From contig OZ246411.1 in the NCBI GenBank assembly GCA_965231055.1, positions 732,500-796,499 on the forward strand: a stretch of DNA of 64,000 nt. The letters are read 5' to 3'. This stretch comes from an uncultured Candidatus Saccharibacteria bacterium. Lineage in GTDB: Bacteria; Patescibacteriota; CALEFQ01; G965231055. A program made the translations under genes and the position numbers. Below, one piece after another: positions 29,442 through 39,163 of the stretch. The first letter of the stretch is position 1; every line of letters starts with the position of its first letter. The notes below the pieces were generated by a model that was not told the DNA's origin, ran no database searches, and was given only the letters and a program-made list of their open reading frames with translations.

Positions 29442-29870
29442 TTATATTCCTTCAAAAACTTCTATTTTTTCGCCTTCATTTAATGTAATTATAGCTTTTT
29501 TCCAGGAAGGAGTTGTACCAACTGTTCTTCCCACTTGTCTTGTCTTTCCCTTAACTTTCATTATATTGATACTTTTCACTTTCACGTCATAAAGCTTTTC
29601 TATAGCAATCATAACAGTTCTTTTGTTTGCATCACCACTTACTTCAAAAACATACTTACCACTAGCACTCAAATAGGTAGCTTTTTCTGAAACCACTGGT
29701 CTAACCAAATATCTATATGCAAAACCTGTTTCTTTCTTTAATTTTTTTGTAGCTGGCTTTTTCTTTGAGGTAGTCTGCACTGCCTTTCCGCTCTTGGGAT
29801 TAACTAAAGCTACCGACTTTTTTTCGGTTGCTTTGTTTTCATTTTCAGTTTTTTTACCAAACCATGCCAT
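29442..29870 (-). CDS. rplW: 50S ribosomal protein L23 (with ~45-aa N-terminal K-rich extension)
   Basis: YRYLVRPVVSEKA..YVFEV core. Confidence 0.85.
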   Translation of the reverse strand: MAWFGKKTENENKATEKKSVALVNPKSGKAVQTTSKKKPATKKLKKETGFAYRYLVRPVVSEKATYLSASGKYVFEVSGDANKRTVMIAIEKLYDVKVKSINIMKVKGKTRQVGRTVGTTPSWKKAIITLNEGEKIEVFEGI

Positions 29871-29874
29871 ATCT

Positions 29875-30513
29875 TTATGATTTATTCATTGTTGTTTGAA
29901 AACTCTCAATCGCAGCTTTATCAAAAATCACACCATCATAACTCACCAAGTCTATCAAATTTATATTTGCGATTTTTATAACTTTAACATTTTCCAAATT
30001 TCTAAAAGCCCTGGAAACATTCTTGGATTCATTGTTTGAAATAACAAGGGCGTCTGTAGAATCCTTGGCATTAACATTTTTTATTACATCAGCGGCCAAC
30101 TTGGTTTTTGGATTTTCTAGCTCAAGAGAATCAACTATAGAAAGTTTTTTTGTCGCCACCTTGCCTGATAAAATTGATAGCAATGCTTTTCTTCCAGCTT
30201 TTTTATTTATCTTTACTGAAAAATTTCTATCAGATCTTGGACCAAACACTATTCCACCTTTTCTCCAAACTGGAGTTCTAGATGATCCGACTCTTGCTCT
30301 TCCGGTTCCTTTTTGTGCCCAAGGCTTGATTCCTCCTCCACTAACTTCACCTCTGGTCTTGGTATGAGCAATTACTTTTCTCTTATTTGCTCTTTTTGAC
30401 TCAAAAACATTTCGGATAAGCTTTTCATCCAATTCCAAACCGAAAAGCTTGTCTAAAAGTTTTAGACTGCCTACTTTTTCTCCCTTAATATTTTTAATAT
30501 CTACAGTTATCAT
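29875..30513 (-). CDS. rplD: 50S ribosomal protein L4
   Basis: KPWAQKGTGRARVGS motif. Confidence 0.95.
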   Translation of the reverse strand: MITVDIKNIKGEKVGSLKLLDKLFGLELDEKLIRNVFESKRANKRKVIAHTKTRGEVSGGGIKPWAQKGTGRARVGSSRTPVWRKGGIVFGPRSDRNFSVKINKKAGRKALLSILSGKVATKKLSIVDSLELENPKTKLAADVIKNVNAKDSTDALVISNNESKNVSRAFRNLENVKVIKIANINLIDLVSYDGVIFDKAAIESFQTTMNKS

Positions 30514-30515
30514 GA

Positions 30516-31136
30516 TTATTTAGCATCTTTAATCATAACCAGGCTTCCAAATCTTCCAGGAACTCCGCCTTTTATTGCTATGATATTTTTATCTAAATCA
30601 ATTTTTACAACTTCCTTTTTTACTTCGGTAACTCTTTCATCTCCCATCCTACCAGCCATTCTCAATCCTTTGAGTGTGTGCTGAGGAAATCTTTGTCCAG
30701 TAGATCCACCAATTCTTTCTTCGTGTCTATGTCCATGAGTTGTTGGCATTCCTTTGAAATTGTGTCTTTTTACAACTCCCTGAAAACCTTTACCCTTTGA
30801 TGTTCCTATAACTTCAATTTTATCTCCGGCGCTGAATACATCTACCTTTAGTTCATCTCCCACCTTGAGACTGGATTTTTCATCGTTAATTTTGAACTCT
30901 CTTATGTATCTGTAATTTTCTTCAATCTTGTTCTTTGAAAGTTGCCCCTTAACTGATCTGGCAATATTTTTGGTATTGGCAAATCCGATCTGAATAGCAT
31001 TGTATCCTTCTTTTTCCTTGGTTTTTATCTGGGTCACTTTGCATGGACCAGCTTCAATCAAAGTCACCGGCACTACTATGCCGTTATCTGCAAACACTTG
31101 CGTCATTCCAATTTTTTTACCAAGGATGAATTTCAT
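30516..31136 (-). CDS. rplC: 50S ribosomal protein L3
   Basis: ILGKKIGMTQVF N-terminus. Confidence 0.95.
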   Translation of the reverse strand: MKFILGKKIGMTQVFADNGIVVPVTLIEAGPCKVTQIKTKEKEGYNAIQIGFANTKNIARSVKGQLSKNKIEENYRYIREFKINDEKSSLKVGDELKVDVFSAGDKIEVIGTSKGKGFQGVVKRHNFKGMPTTHGHRHEERIGGSTGQRFPQHTLKGLRMAGRMGDERVTEVKKEVVKIDLDKNIIAIKGGVPGRFGSLVMIKDAK

Positions 31137-31249
31137 TGTATATATGATTTCTAAAAAATGCAGGTCTGCCCTGCATGCTGAAAACAGCTCACAGGCCAGC
31201 CCAGTATCCCACTAACCAAAATTGGTTAATTTGGACTTAAACTAGCTTA

Positions 31250-31600
31250 TTATTGCATTTTAATTTCCACATCAACTCCAGCTGGAAGATTTAGGTTCAT
31301 AAGAGAATCTATAGTCTTTGGAGATAGATTGGTAATATCTATCAATCTCTTGTGAACTCTCATCTCATACTGATCTTTTGATGTAGTATCAATAAAAGGA
31401 GAACGATTTACAGTATAAACCGATCTTTCAGTTGGAAGTGGTATCGGACCAGAAATATTGGCTCCGCTCCTCTTTGCGGTCTCCACTATTTGTTTAGCAG
31501 ACTGCTCAATGATCGTATGATCATAAGCTCTTACCTTGATCCTTATTCTTTGATTTACACCTTCTTCAGTTTCCTTTTTTGAAGAACTCTGCTTTGACAT
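31250..31600 (-). CDS. rpsJ: 30S ribosomal protein S10
   Basis: [11 protein letters not shown] motif. Confidence 0.95.
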   Translation of the reverse strand: MSKQSSSKKETEEGVNQRIRIKVRAYDHTIIEQSAKQIVETAKRSGANISGPIPLPTERSVYTVNRSPFIDTTSKDQYEMRVHKRLIDITNLSPKTIDSLMNLNLPAGVDVEIKMQ

Positions 31601-31658
31601 AATTTATCTTTTAAGAAAGGTGTGCTAGGTATCTAACACACCATATCTCAAGAGATAA

Positions 31659-32867
31659 TTATTTGATAATCTTGACAACAACTCCTGCTCCAACTGTCTT
31701 TCCACCTTCGCGTATGGCGAATTTCATTTTCTCTTCCATAGCGACTGGAGCTGTAAGTTTGACTTTTAATGTAATTGTATCTCCAGGCATAACCATTTCA
31801 GTATTTTCAGGAAGTTCTATTTCGCCAGTAACATCTGTGGTTCTAAAATAAAACTGTGGTTTGTATCCTTTGAAGAATGGGGTATGTCTTCCACCTTCTT
31901 CTTTGCCTAGAATATAAAGTTCTGTTTCAAATTCAGTGTGAGGTGTAATTGATCCTGGCTTTGCAAGAATCTGTCCTCTTTCAACTTCATCTTTCTTTGT
32001 ACCTCGAAGAAGGACTCCGGCGTTGTCACCAGCTACTCCTTTATCAAGAGTCTTGTTGAACATTTCTATTCCCGTAACAACTGTCTTTTGGGTATCCTTT
32101 AGACCAACTATTTCAACGTTGTCATTTATGTTTACTTCACCTCTATCAATTCTACCAGTTACCACTGTTCCTCTTCCTTCAATTGAGAAAACATCTTCAA
32201 TAGCCATAAGGAATGGTTTGTCAGTTTCTCTTTTTGGCTCAGGAATTTTTTCATCCAAAGCTTTGACCAATTCGGTAATAGGTTTGCATTTGGCGCAATC
32301 ATCTTTACCGCAACCACATTCTAGAGCTTGAAGAGCTGAACCTCTAACTACGGCTGCATTATCACCATCAAAATTGTATTTGGTCAAAAGTTCTCTTACT
32401 TCTGCTTCTACCAAATCAATCAATTCTGGATCGTCAACTTGGTCAACTTTGTTTAAGAAAACAACTATAGTAGGAACACCTACCTGACCAGCGAGCAAAA
32501 TGTGCTCTTTGGTTTGAGGCATGGCTCCATCAGCAGCGGAAACCACAAGAATAGCACCGTCCATCTGGGCAGCACCAGTAATCATGTTCTTAATATAGTC
32601 AGCATGCCCTGGGCAGTCTACGTGAGCGTAGTGTCTCTTATCGCTCTCATATTCAACGTGTGAAGTAGAAATAGTAATACCTCTTTCTCTTTCCTCAGGA
32701 GCATTATCAATAGTATCAAAAGCTCTTGCCTTTGATTTACCTTGCGCAGCTAAACAAGTAGTAATAGCGGCGGTTAAAGTGGTTTTACCATGATCTACGT
32801 GACCAATAGTACCAACGTTTACGTGTGGTTTACTTCGATCAAATGTTGTTTTTGCTTCGTCTGACAT
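31659..32867 (-). CDS. tuf: elongation factor Tu, carrying a Cys4 knuckle insertion in domain I
   Basis: [18 protein letters not shown] and NKVD G-motifs; insertion [12 protein letters not shown] at aa 183-194. Confidence 0.95.
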   Translation of the reverse strand: MSDEAKTTFDRSKPHVNVGTIGHVDHGKTTLTAAITTCLAAQGKSKARAFDTIDNAPEERERGITISTSHVEYESDKRHYAHVDCPGHADYIKNMITGAAQMDGAILVVSAADGAMPQTKEHILLAGQVGVPTIVVFLNKVDQVDDPELIDLVEAEVRELLTKYNFDGDNAAVVRGSALQALECGCGKDDCAKCKPITELVKALDEKIPEPKRETDKPFLMAIEDVFSIEGRGTVVTGRIDRGEVNINDNVEIVGLKDTQKTVVTGIEMFNKTLDKGVAGDNAGVLLRGTKKDEVERGQILAKPGSITPHTEFETELYILGKEEGGRHTPFFKGYKPQFYFRTTDVTGEIELPENTEMVMPGDTITLKVKLTAPVAMEEKMKFAIREGGKTVGAGVVVKIIK

Positions 32868-33043
32868 TTTTTTATTGTTTCTTTGGGATCACAATTACCC
32901 ATGTGACCCTATATTAATTATTAATAAAAATACAAAACTAGACAATTTATGCGTGTTTTTTAGTATAACACACACCTAAATATGTGCAAGCTAAAATGCA
33001 ATATATAATTTCTACACTAAAATTCAAAACAAGTCAATAGGTA

Positions 33044-35119
33044 TTATTTTGCATCCTCTCCGATAATATCTTTGGCTATATTTCCTGGAACTTCTGCATA
33101 ATGATCGAACTCCATGTTGAAACTAGCTCTTCCCTGCGACATAGATCTTAGCGTAGTAGCATATCCAAACATAGAAGATAGAGGAACCTTTGATCTAATT
33201 GCCTTTATATTGGCGGCTCTATCTGTCATTTCTTCAATTTGACCTCTTTTTGAGTTGATATCTCCGACTATATCACCCATGAATTGCTCAGGAGTTGTAA
33301 CTTCAACTTTCATGATAGGCTCCAAAATAACTGGCTTGGCTCTTCTAACAGCTTCCTTGAAAGCCATTGACGCAGCGATCTTGAATGCAGCCTCGGAAGA
33401 GTCAACTTCATGATATGAACCATCAAACAGGGTTGCTTTCATGTCTATTGCTGGATATCCCGCTATAACTCCATTATCCATAGATTCCCTTACTCCTTTT
33501 TCAACCGGAGGAATGTATTCCTGTGGAATTACTCCACCCTTAATAGCATTTTCAAATTCAAAACCCTTGCCTCTTTCTCGTGGTTCAACCCTTAGGTAAA
33601 CATGTCCGTACTGGCCACGTCCTCCAGATTGTTTTATATATTTTCCTTCGGCTTCTGCTGACTTGGTTATAGTTTCTCTGTAAGCCACCTGAGGTTTTCC
33701 AACATTGGCTTCTACTTTGAATTCTCTCTTCATTCTTTCAACAAGAACATCGAGGTGAAGCTCACCCATACCTGAAATGATGGTCTGACCACTTTCTTCA
33801 TCTCCTTTTACGGTAAAAGTAGGATCTTCTTCAGCTAATTTATTTAGCGCTATGCCAAGTTTTTCTTGGTCAGCCTTGGTTTTTGGTTCAATCGCCAATG
33901 ATATAACTGGCTCAGGAGCTTCTATTCTTTCTAGAATAATAGGATTTTTTTCATCGCAAAGAGTATCTCCAGTCTTAGTGGTTTTAAGCCCTACGGCTGC
34001 GGCTATATTTCCTGCTGAAATTTCTTTTATCTCTTCTCTTTTATTTGCATGCATGTGAAGAATTCGTCCTATTCTCTCTCTCGTACCTTTTGTAGAATTG
34101 TAAATATAAGAACCGGCTTCGAGCTTACCCGAATATACTCTAAAAAAAGCTAAGCTTCCTACAAATGGATCTGTTGCAATTTTAAAAGCTAATGCAGAAA
34201 AAGGCTCATCGTCACTTGCTTTTCTTTGCAATTCTGATTTTTCATCTCTAGGATCAATTCCATGAACTGGTGGCACATCGGATGGAGCTGGTAGGTACCA
34301 GATAACTGCATTCAACATGGATTGCACTCCTTTGTTTTTCAGAGCGGATCCGCAAAGTACTGGATAGATTTTATTTTCAACTGTATGTTTTCTTAAAACT
34401 TTCTTGATTTCTTCTACTGTGACTTCTTTTTCTTCAAGAAATTTTTCAGCTATACCATCGTCAATATCAGCAAGCTTTTCAAGCATCTTATCTCTCCATT
34501 CCTTCGCCTTGGCCTTCATATCTTCTCTAATCTCAGAAGTTTCCATTTTTTCTCCCATCTCGCCATGGAATGAAAGTTCTTTCATCTCAACCAAATCTAT
34601 GCAAGCTTCAAAATTTGCTTCTGTTCCGATTGGGTACTGAATTGGTATTGCATTTGGATTTAGTCTTTCCAAAATTGAATTGTAAGACATTTCAAAATCT
34701 CCACCTGTCTTATCAAGTTTGTTTATAAAACAAAGTCGCGGAACTTTGTATTTGTCTGCTTGTCTCCAGACAGTTTCTGATTGTGGTTCTACTCCCTGAG
34801 CTCCGTCAAATACCACAACGCCTCCATCAAGAACCCTGAGAGATCTTTCTACCTCTACGGTAAAGTCTACGTGCCCTGGGGTATCGATGAGGTTAATGCG
34901 ATGATCCATCCAAAAACAGGTAGTAGCAGCGGCGGTTATCGTGATTCCTCTTTCTTTTTCCTGATCCATCCAGTCCATATCCGCCTCTCCTTCATGAGTT
35001 TCTCCTATTTTGTGCTTTTTTCCAGTGTAATACAAAACACGCTCTGAAACAGTAGTTTTCCCAGCGTCAATATGAGCAATGATTCCTATATTTCTTGTTT
35101 TGTCTATTGAATATTCCAT
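33044..35119 (-). CDS. fusA: elongation factor G
   Basis: 691 aa with [17 protein letters not shown] and NKLD motifs. Confidence 0.95.
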   Translation of the reverse strand: MEYSIDKTRNIGIIAHIDAGKTTVSERVLYYTGKKHKIGETHEGEADMDWMDQEKERGITITAAATTCFWMDHRINLIDTPGHVDFTVEVERSLRVLDGGVVVFDGAQGVEPQSETVWRQADKYKVPRLCFINKLDKTGGDFEMSYNSILERLNPNAIPIQYPIGTEANFEACIDLVEMKELSFHGEMGEKMETSEIREDMKAKAKEWRDKMLEKLADIDDGIAEKFLEEKEVTVEEIKKVLRKHTVENKIYPVLCGSALKNKGVQSMLNAVIWYLPAPSDVPPVHGIDPRDEKSELQRKASDDEPFSALAFKIATDPFVGSLAFFRVYSGKLEAGSYIYNSTKGTRERIGRILHMHANKREEIKEISAGNIAAAVGLKTTKTGDTLCDEKNPIILERIEAPEPVISLAIEPKTKADQEKLGIALNKLAEEDPTFTVKGDEESGQTIISGMGELHLDVLVERMKREFKVEANVGKPQVAYRETITKSAEAEGKYIKQSGGRGQYGHVYLRVEPRERGKGFEFENAIKGGVIPQEYIPPVEKGVRESMDNGVIAGYPAIDMKATLFDGSYHEVDSSEAAFKIAASMAFKEAVRRAKPVILEPIMKVEVTTPEQFMGDIVGDINSKRGQIEEMTDRAANIKAIRSKVPLSSMFGYATTLRSMSQGRASFNMEFDHYAEVPGNIAKDIIGEDAK

Positions 35120-35205
35120 TTTTAAGAAGGATTAGCGTTAGATGAAAAAAATTTATAAATCAATTTCACCAATAAAGCCGCCCATATAGACAGCTTTAAA
35201 AAGAA

Positions 35206-35670
35206 TTAAGCAAAGTGAGCAAACGCCTTGTTTGCTTCTGCCATTCTGTGCACATCAGCTCTATGCTTTACCGAAGCACCTTCACCTTTTGAGGCATCAA
35301 GAAGCTCTGTAGCTAATTTTATGTGCATTGGCTTGCCTTTTTTATTTGAAGCTGATTCTAAGATCCATCTAAATGCGAGCATTTGTTTTCTATCACCACG
35401 TACTTCCATTGGTATTTGATAGTTTGCTCCTCCAACTCTCTTTGCCTTGATTTCAAGCACAGGAGCTACGTTTTTCATAGCTTTATCAAAAATAGAAAGT
35501 GGGTCTATCTTGGTTTTTTCTTTTATATAATCAAAAGTGTCATATACAATTTTGCGAGCCACTTCCTTCTTGCCTCTCTCCATAAGATAATTTATGAATT
35601 TAGCAATAACAACGCTTTTATAGCGCGGATCTGGCTGAATTTCTCTTTTTTTAGCTCTTGCTCTTCGCAT
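35206..35670 (-). CDS. rpsG: 30S ribosomal protein S7
   Basis: 154 aa, canonical S7 motifs. Confidence 0.95.
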   Translation of the reverse strand: MRRARAKKREIQPDPRYKSVVIAKFINYLMERGKKEVARKIVYDTFDYIKEKTKIDPLSIFDKAMKNVAPVLEIKAKRVGGANYQIPMEVRGDRKQMLAFRWILESASNKKGKPMHIKLATELLDASKGEGASVKHRADVHRMAEANKAFAHFA

Positions 35671-35696
35671 ATTTAATCAAAATTTATTAACTAGAA

Positions 35697-36122
35697 TTAT
35701 TTCTTTTCCTTAGGTTTTTTGGCTCCATATTTGCTTCTTTGCTGCATTCTTCCATCAACTCCAGCAGTATCTAGAATTCCTCTTACTACATGATATCGAA
35801 CACCTGGTAGATCAGGCACTCTTCCTCCTCGAACCAATACCACGGAGTGTTCCTGCAAATTATGTCCTTCACCTGGAATATATGCGGTTACTTCCATACC
35901 ATTGGTAAGTCTTACCTTTGCTATTTTTCTCAAAGCTGAGTTTGGTTTTTTTGGAGTAGTAGTTTTTACTACAAGACAAACACCGCGCTTGAAAGGATTT
36001 CCTTTGCGTAGTTTTACCGGTTTATTCTTTAACGTGTTGAACTGGGTTTGCAAAGCTGGGGTCCTACTTTTTTTCTTGGGACTCTTTCGGCCTTTGCGGA
36101 CCAGCTGATTCATTGTTGGCAT
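35697..36122 (-). CDS. rpsL: 30S ribosomal protein S12 (about 17-aa insertion after residue 22 relative to E. coli)
   Basis: [11 protein letters not shown] and [12 protein letters not shown] motifs. Confidence 0.95.
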   Translation of the reverse strand: MPTMNQLVRKGRKSPKKKSRTPALQTQFNTLKNKPVKLRKGNPFKRGVCLVVKTTTPKKPNSALRKIAKVRLTNGMEVTAYIPGEGHNLQEHSVVLVRGGRVPDLPGVRYHVVRGILDTAGVDGRMQQRSKYGAKKPKEKK

Positions 36123-36296
36123 AAAAATACTGCTTTTGTAAGCTTAAATAAGTACTTGCATAATTTAGCAGACAACAAAACAAGAGTCAAGTGTATTTCC
36201 GCTAAAATTGACAACAAAATATAAAAATGGTAGTTTCCGCACAATGAGTTTGATCTTTTCCCAGCATTTTGCACAAAACACGAAAGGAGACGCAAA

Positions 36297-36776
36297 ATGA
36301 CAAAGAAGGAATACCAAAAGGTTATTGAGGGTATTGTTTCTCCGATTTGGAAAGAAGAGTTCGGAGATCTCAATGAGGCATTTTCTCGTTCAATATCGGA
36401 TGACACCGAAACACCATGTATCGACTGGGGCAAGGATGTCTACATCAATTTTCATCCTGACTTCAGGGGATTCAACATTGATATATTCCAAAACTTCAAA
36501 ATACCCACCGATTGTACGTTCGACAATGGCATAAAAATCATCAACCTTGCACTTACCACAATGGCTATTAAGATTGATTGGATTCGGGTTTGGAAAGAAG
36601 AATTTTGGGACACTGGCTTCAGCATTAACATGCAACCTTTTCAAATTGAAGACTCCAAAAGCTTCACCGCCAATGTCGAGATTCTTGCAATCCAAAACCC
36701 AAGTGCAAAAAAACTATCTTCAGCACTGAAAATCTTATTCGCCATACTGGGATCGTCAAATTGGCCAAAATCATAA
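36297..36776 (+). CDS. hypothetical protein (159 aa), W/F-rich
   Basis: GGAG RBS 7-8 nt upstream; TTGACA-like promoter near 36207; terminator follows. Confidence 0.5.
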   Translation: MTKKEYQKVIEGIVSPIWKEEFGDLNEAFSRSISDDTETPCIDWGKDVYINFHPDFRGFNIDIFQNFKIPTDCTFDNGIKIINLALTTMAIKIDWIRVWKEEFWDTGFSINMQPFQIEDSKSFTANVEILAIQNPSAKKLSSALKILFAILGSSNWPKS

Positions 36777-36800
36777 CTGCACACTACCCTTTTTCGAACG

Positions 36801-36830
36801 AAACGGGAACCCCAAGGTTTCCGTTTTTTA
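36801..36830 (+). terminator. rho-independent terminator
   Basis: aacgggaa / ttccgtt stem followed by tttttt. Confidence 0.55.
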
Positions 36831-36834
36831 ATAT

Positions 36835-37479
36835 TTAAACTAATTCTTTGCTTTCCAAAAATGTTTTTACTTTCTGAAAAATCAATTTATGTCCTACGGC
36901 ATTGAAATGTACCCCATCCTTATCTAGAACCTTCTCAATTCCAGTTTTTTCGAGCTCTGGCCATATCTCTACAAATTCAACACCCACATTTTCACAAACC
37001 GATTTGGCAATACATCCATATTCCTTCTTGTCTTTGTTACTATATGAGAAATTGGCATCCCAGGAAACTGGATGTGTTTTCAATTCATCCACCATCCCCG
37101 TACCAATAAAAATCACATTTTTAACGAGCTTTTTGGCTTTATCGAGAATCTGCTCAAGATTTAATTTAAAATCCATAGAAGACACTGCGTTGGTATTTTT
37201 ATCTTTTAGAAAAGCTGAGTCATTACTTCCAACTCTAATCAATATAGTCGTCTCATCGTATTTATCATATTTTTATCTAGCTACGGTTTCGCTTTCTATT
37301 CTTTTCAAAACTCCACTAGTGTCATCGCCATCTATCCCGAGATTATAAACTAAAACAAAATAATCCTTACCCTCCATATTTTTCTCGTCAGCAAATTTAC
37401 GAAGTCTTGCGACCCAGCCACCATCAGGATCCCAAGCACCGTAAGTATTGCTATCTCCGAAAATTAAAATTTGAGACAT
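36835..37479 (-). pseudogene. SGNH/GDSL hydrolase interrupted by an in-frame TAA
   Basis: Blocks I GDSNTYG, II GIDGDDTSG, III GSND and V DGVHFN all in one frame; single TAA at 37273..37275 between blocks II and III. Confidence 0.5.
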
Positions 37480-37491
37480 AAATTAAATCTA

Positions 37492-39066
37492 TTAATCTTC
37501 TGATTTCAATTTTGTAATAGCTTTACTAACGGCATCTATCACGCTCGGGGAGTAAAACTTAAGCAATTTACCATTTTTTCTTAAGGACCTAACGAATTGA
37601 TTGCCGTGGCTTTCCACATAATCATGTACGAAGTTGTACACATCAAAATAAATAATACTGGGATTAACCTTCTTGAGATCCATAAATATTTCATGCGAGT
37701 TTTTCCAGCCATCGGGAATTTCAGAAGTTAGAGAAATTTCTTCTTCAATCTCCTGAATCAAATTTAGAGAAACGCACTCTGCAATATTATTGTTAACTAA
37801 GAATGAATGAAACCATTCGGGATGATTTTTGCGAAATTTATTGACCATGCCTACAACTGAAGTTCGATCTTTTCCTAATTTACGCGACAGTGCTTTTAGA
37901 GACATCCAGTTATCGGGAATTTTCTCATACTGACCCCTATTTTTCACCTCATCCGTTAATACTTGAACTAACTCCGGAGAAATACATTGAATCATGTGAT
38001 TTGTTTTTCGGCTTTTAAAAATTTTTACGCCTTCCGGATTATTTTTTTCATATTTACCTAATTTACGGTGAATTGTACTAATATCCAATCCCATTTCATC
38101 AGCCAATTGCCCTAGTGTCTTCCAACCATCTGGCACATCAGCGCGTCCATTTATTTTTGAGGTAATCGCTCTTATTGCTTCGGGAGAAATATAATTATGT
38201 GCGCGACCAATTTTGTTACGAAAACATTGCGTTTTGTCTTCTATACCCAACCCATCTAATTCTTTTTTGATTACAGAAAAATCTACGCCCAGATCGTGAG
38301 CCAGATCAGAAGCGCTCTTCCATCCTTCTGGCAAATCATCAAGACCATGGAGAGCGATTTTTTTAGTATTTCGAGGCTTTTTTATCTGTTCCGCTTCTTT
38401 GGAAAGTTTAGTGCGAAGCCTCTCTTTCCACTTAGTTGGATCATTTGAATAATTAATCTGAACAACTCGACTCTCAAGCTCTTGCAATTGCTGCTTAGTC
38501 ATTTTGGAGTAATGCCCCCAATTTTCTGTGGGATTTTCAACATTCCTGATGACATATGTGGCATTTCCTTCTTCGTTGTTCACCATTATGATCTTTGATT
38601 CTCCTTGTAAAACAAATGTTTGGTAGCTGAGTTTGCGAACCATGTTGGGATCATTTCTTCCACTAATAACTGAATATGGTATTTGCATATCAGAAAGCAC
38701 TTCCATCAAAAACTGGGTTCTAGGGATATATTTGGGTTTTTCAAGTTTGTTTTTTCCGGTAACCGCTTGCTGTATCTCTCCTTGATCTGGAGGCAAGATA
38801 ACCTCATTTGATTGAATTATCTGCTCTGGAAGTTGCAATTCAGAACCCCTGGCAATCAAACTATCTACATACTCTTTGACTCTAAAATGAGTAAACTCTT
38901 TACCTTTGCGACGTTCCACACCCACAAAGTCTTTTGCATTTAAGATTTGAGCCATTTCAGCAACTGGAAGTCCTTCACGCAAATACTCCTCTATCTTTCG
39001 GCTAGTTTGTATTCTAAAATTCTCATTTTTACCGATGGCTTCTCTTGATTGTTCTGGGTTGTTCAT
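37492..39066 (-). CDS. paralog-family protein B (conserved N-domain plus HTH-like W-repeat modules)
   Basis: MNNPEQS N-terminus; about 75% identity over first 200 aa to the other two members; C-terminal modules PDGWK..LA..LG.D.STI.R.L.KY..NNPE. Confidence 0.7.
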   Translation of the reverse strand: MNNPEQSREAIGKNENFRIQTSRKIEEYLREGLPVAEMAQILNAKDFVGVERRKGKEFTHFRVKEYVDSLIARGSELQLPEQIIQSNEVILPPDQGEIQQAVTGKNKLEKPKYIPRTQFLMEVLSDMQIPYSVISGRNDPNMVRKLSYQTFVLQGESKIIMVNNEEGNATYVIRNVENPTENWGHYSKMTKQQLQELESRVVQINYSNDPTKWKERLRTKLSKEAEQIKKPRNTKKIALHGLDDLPEGWKSASDLAHDLGVDFSVIKKELDGLGIEDKTQCFRNKIGRAHNYISPEAIRAITSKINGRADVPDGWKTLGQLADEMGLDISTIHRKLGKYEKNNPEGVKIFKSRKTNHMIQCISPELVQVLTDEVKNRGQYEKIPDNWMSLKALSRKLGKDRTSVVGMVNKFRKNHPEWFHSFLVNNNIAECVSLNLIQEIEEEISLTSEIPDGWKNSHEIFMDLKKVNPSIIYFDVYNFVHDYVESHGNQFVRSLRKNGKLLKFYSPSVIDAVSKAITKLKSED

Positions 39067-39102
39067 AATTGTATTCTAAAATTTATTCTTAAAAAATATT
39101 CG
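39067..39102 (-). promoter_or_regulatory. conserved promoter block of the paralog family, -10-like TAGAAT 6 nt from the ATG
   Basis: Gene-orientation sequence cgaatattttttaagaataaattttagaatacaatt followed by ATG; nearly identical to 40946..40981. Confidence 0.45.
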
Positions 39103-39163
39103 ACTTTATCAATTCCCCTTTCAATAAGACGCTCAAACTTACGCTGCACACAAAAACCTTAAC

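Noticed and set aside
37270-37278. Possible alternative genetic code (UGA=Gly, code 25) explaining the broken SGNH hydrolase
   Set aside because: The interrupting codon is TAA, not TGA. Conserved genes (tuf, fusA, ribosomal proteins) terminate on TGA or TAA and have no internal TGA, so code 11 applies.
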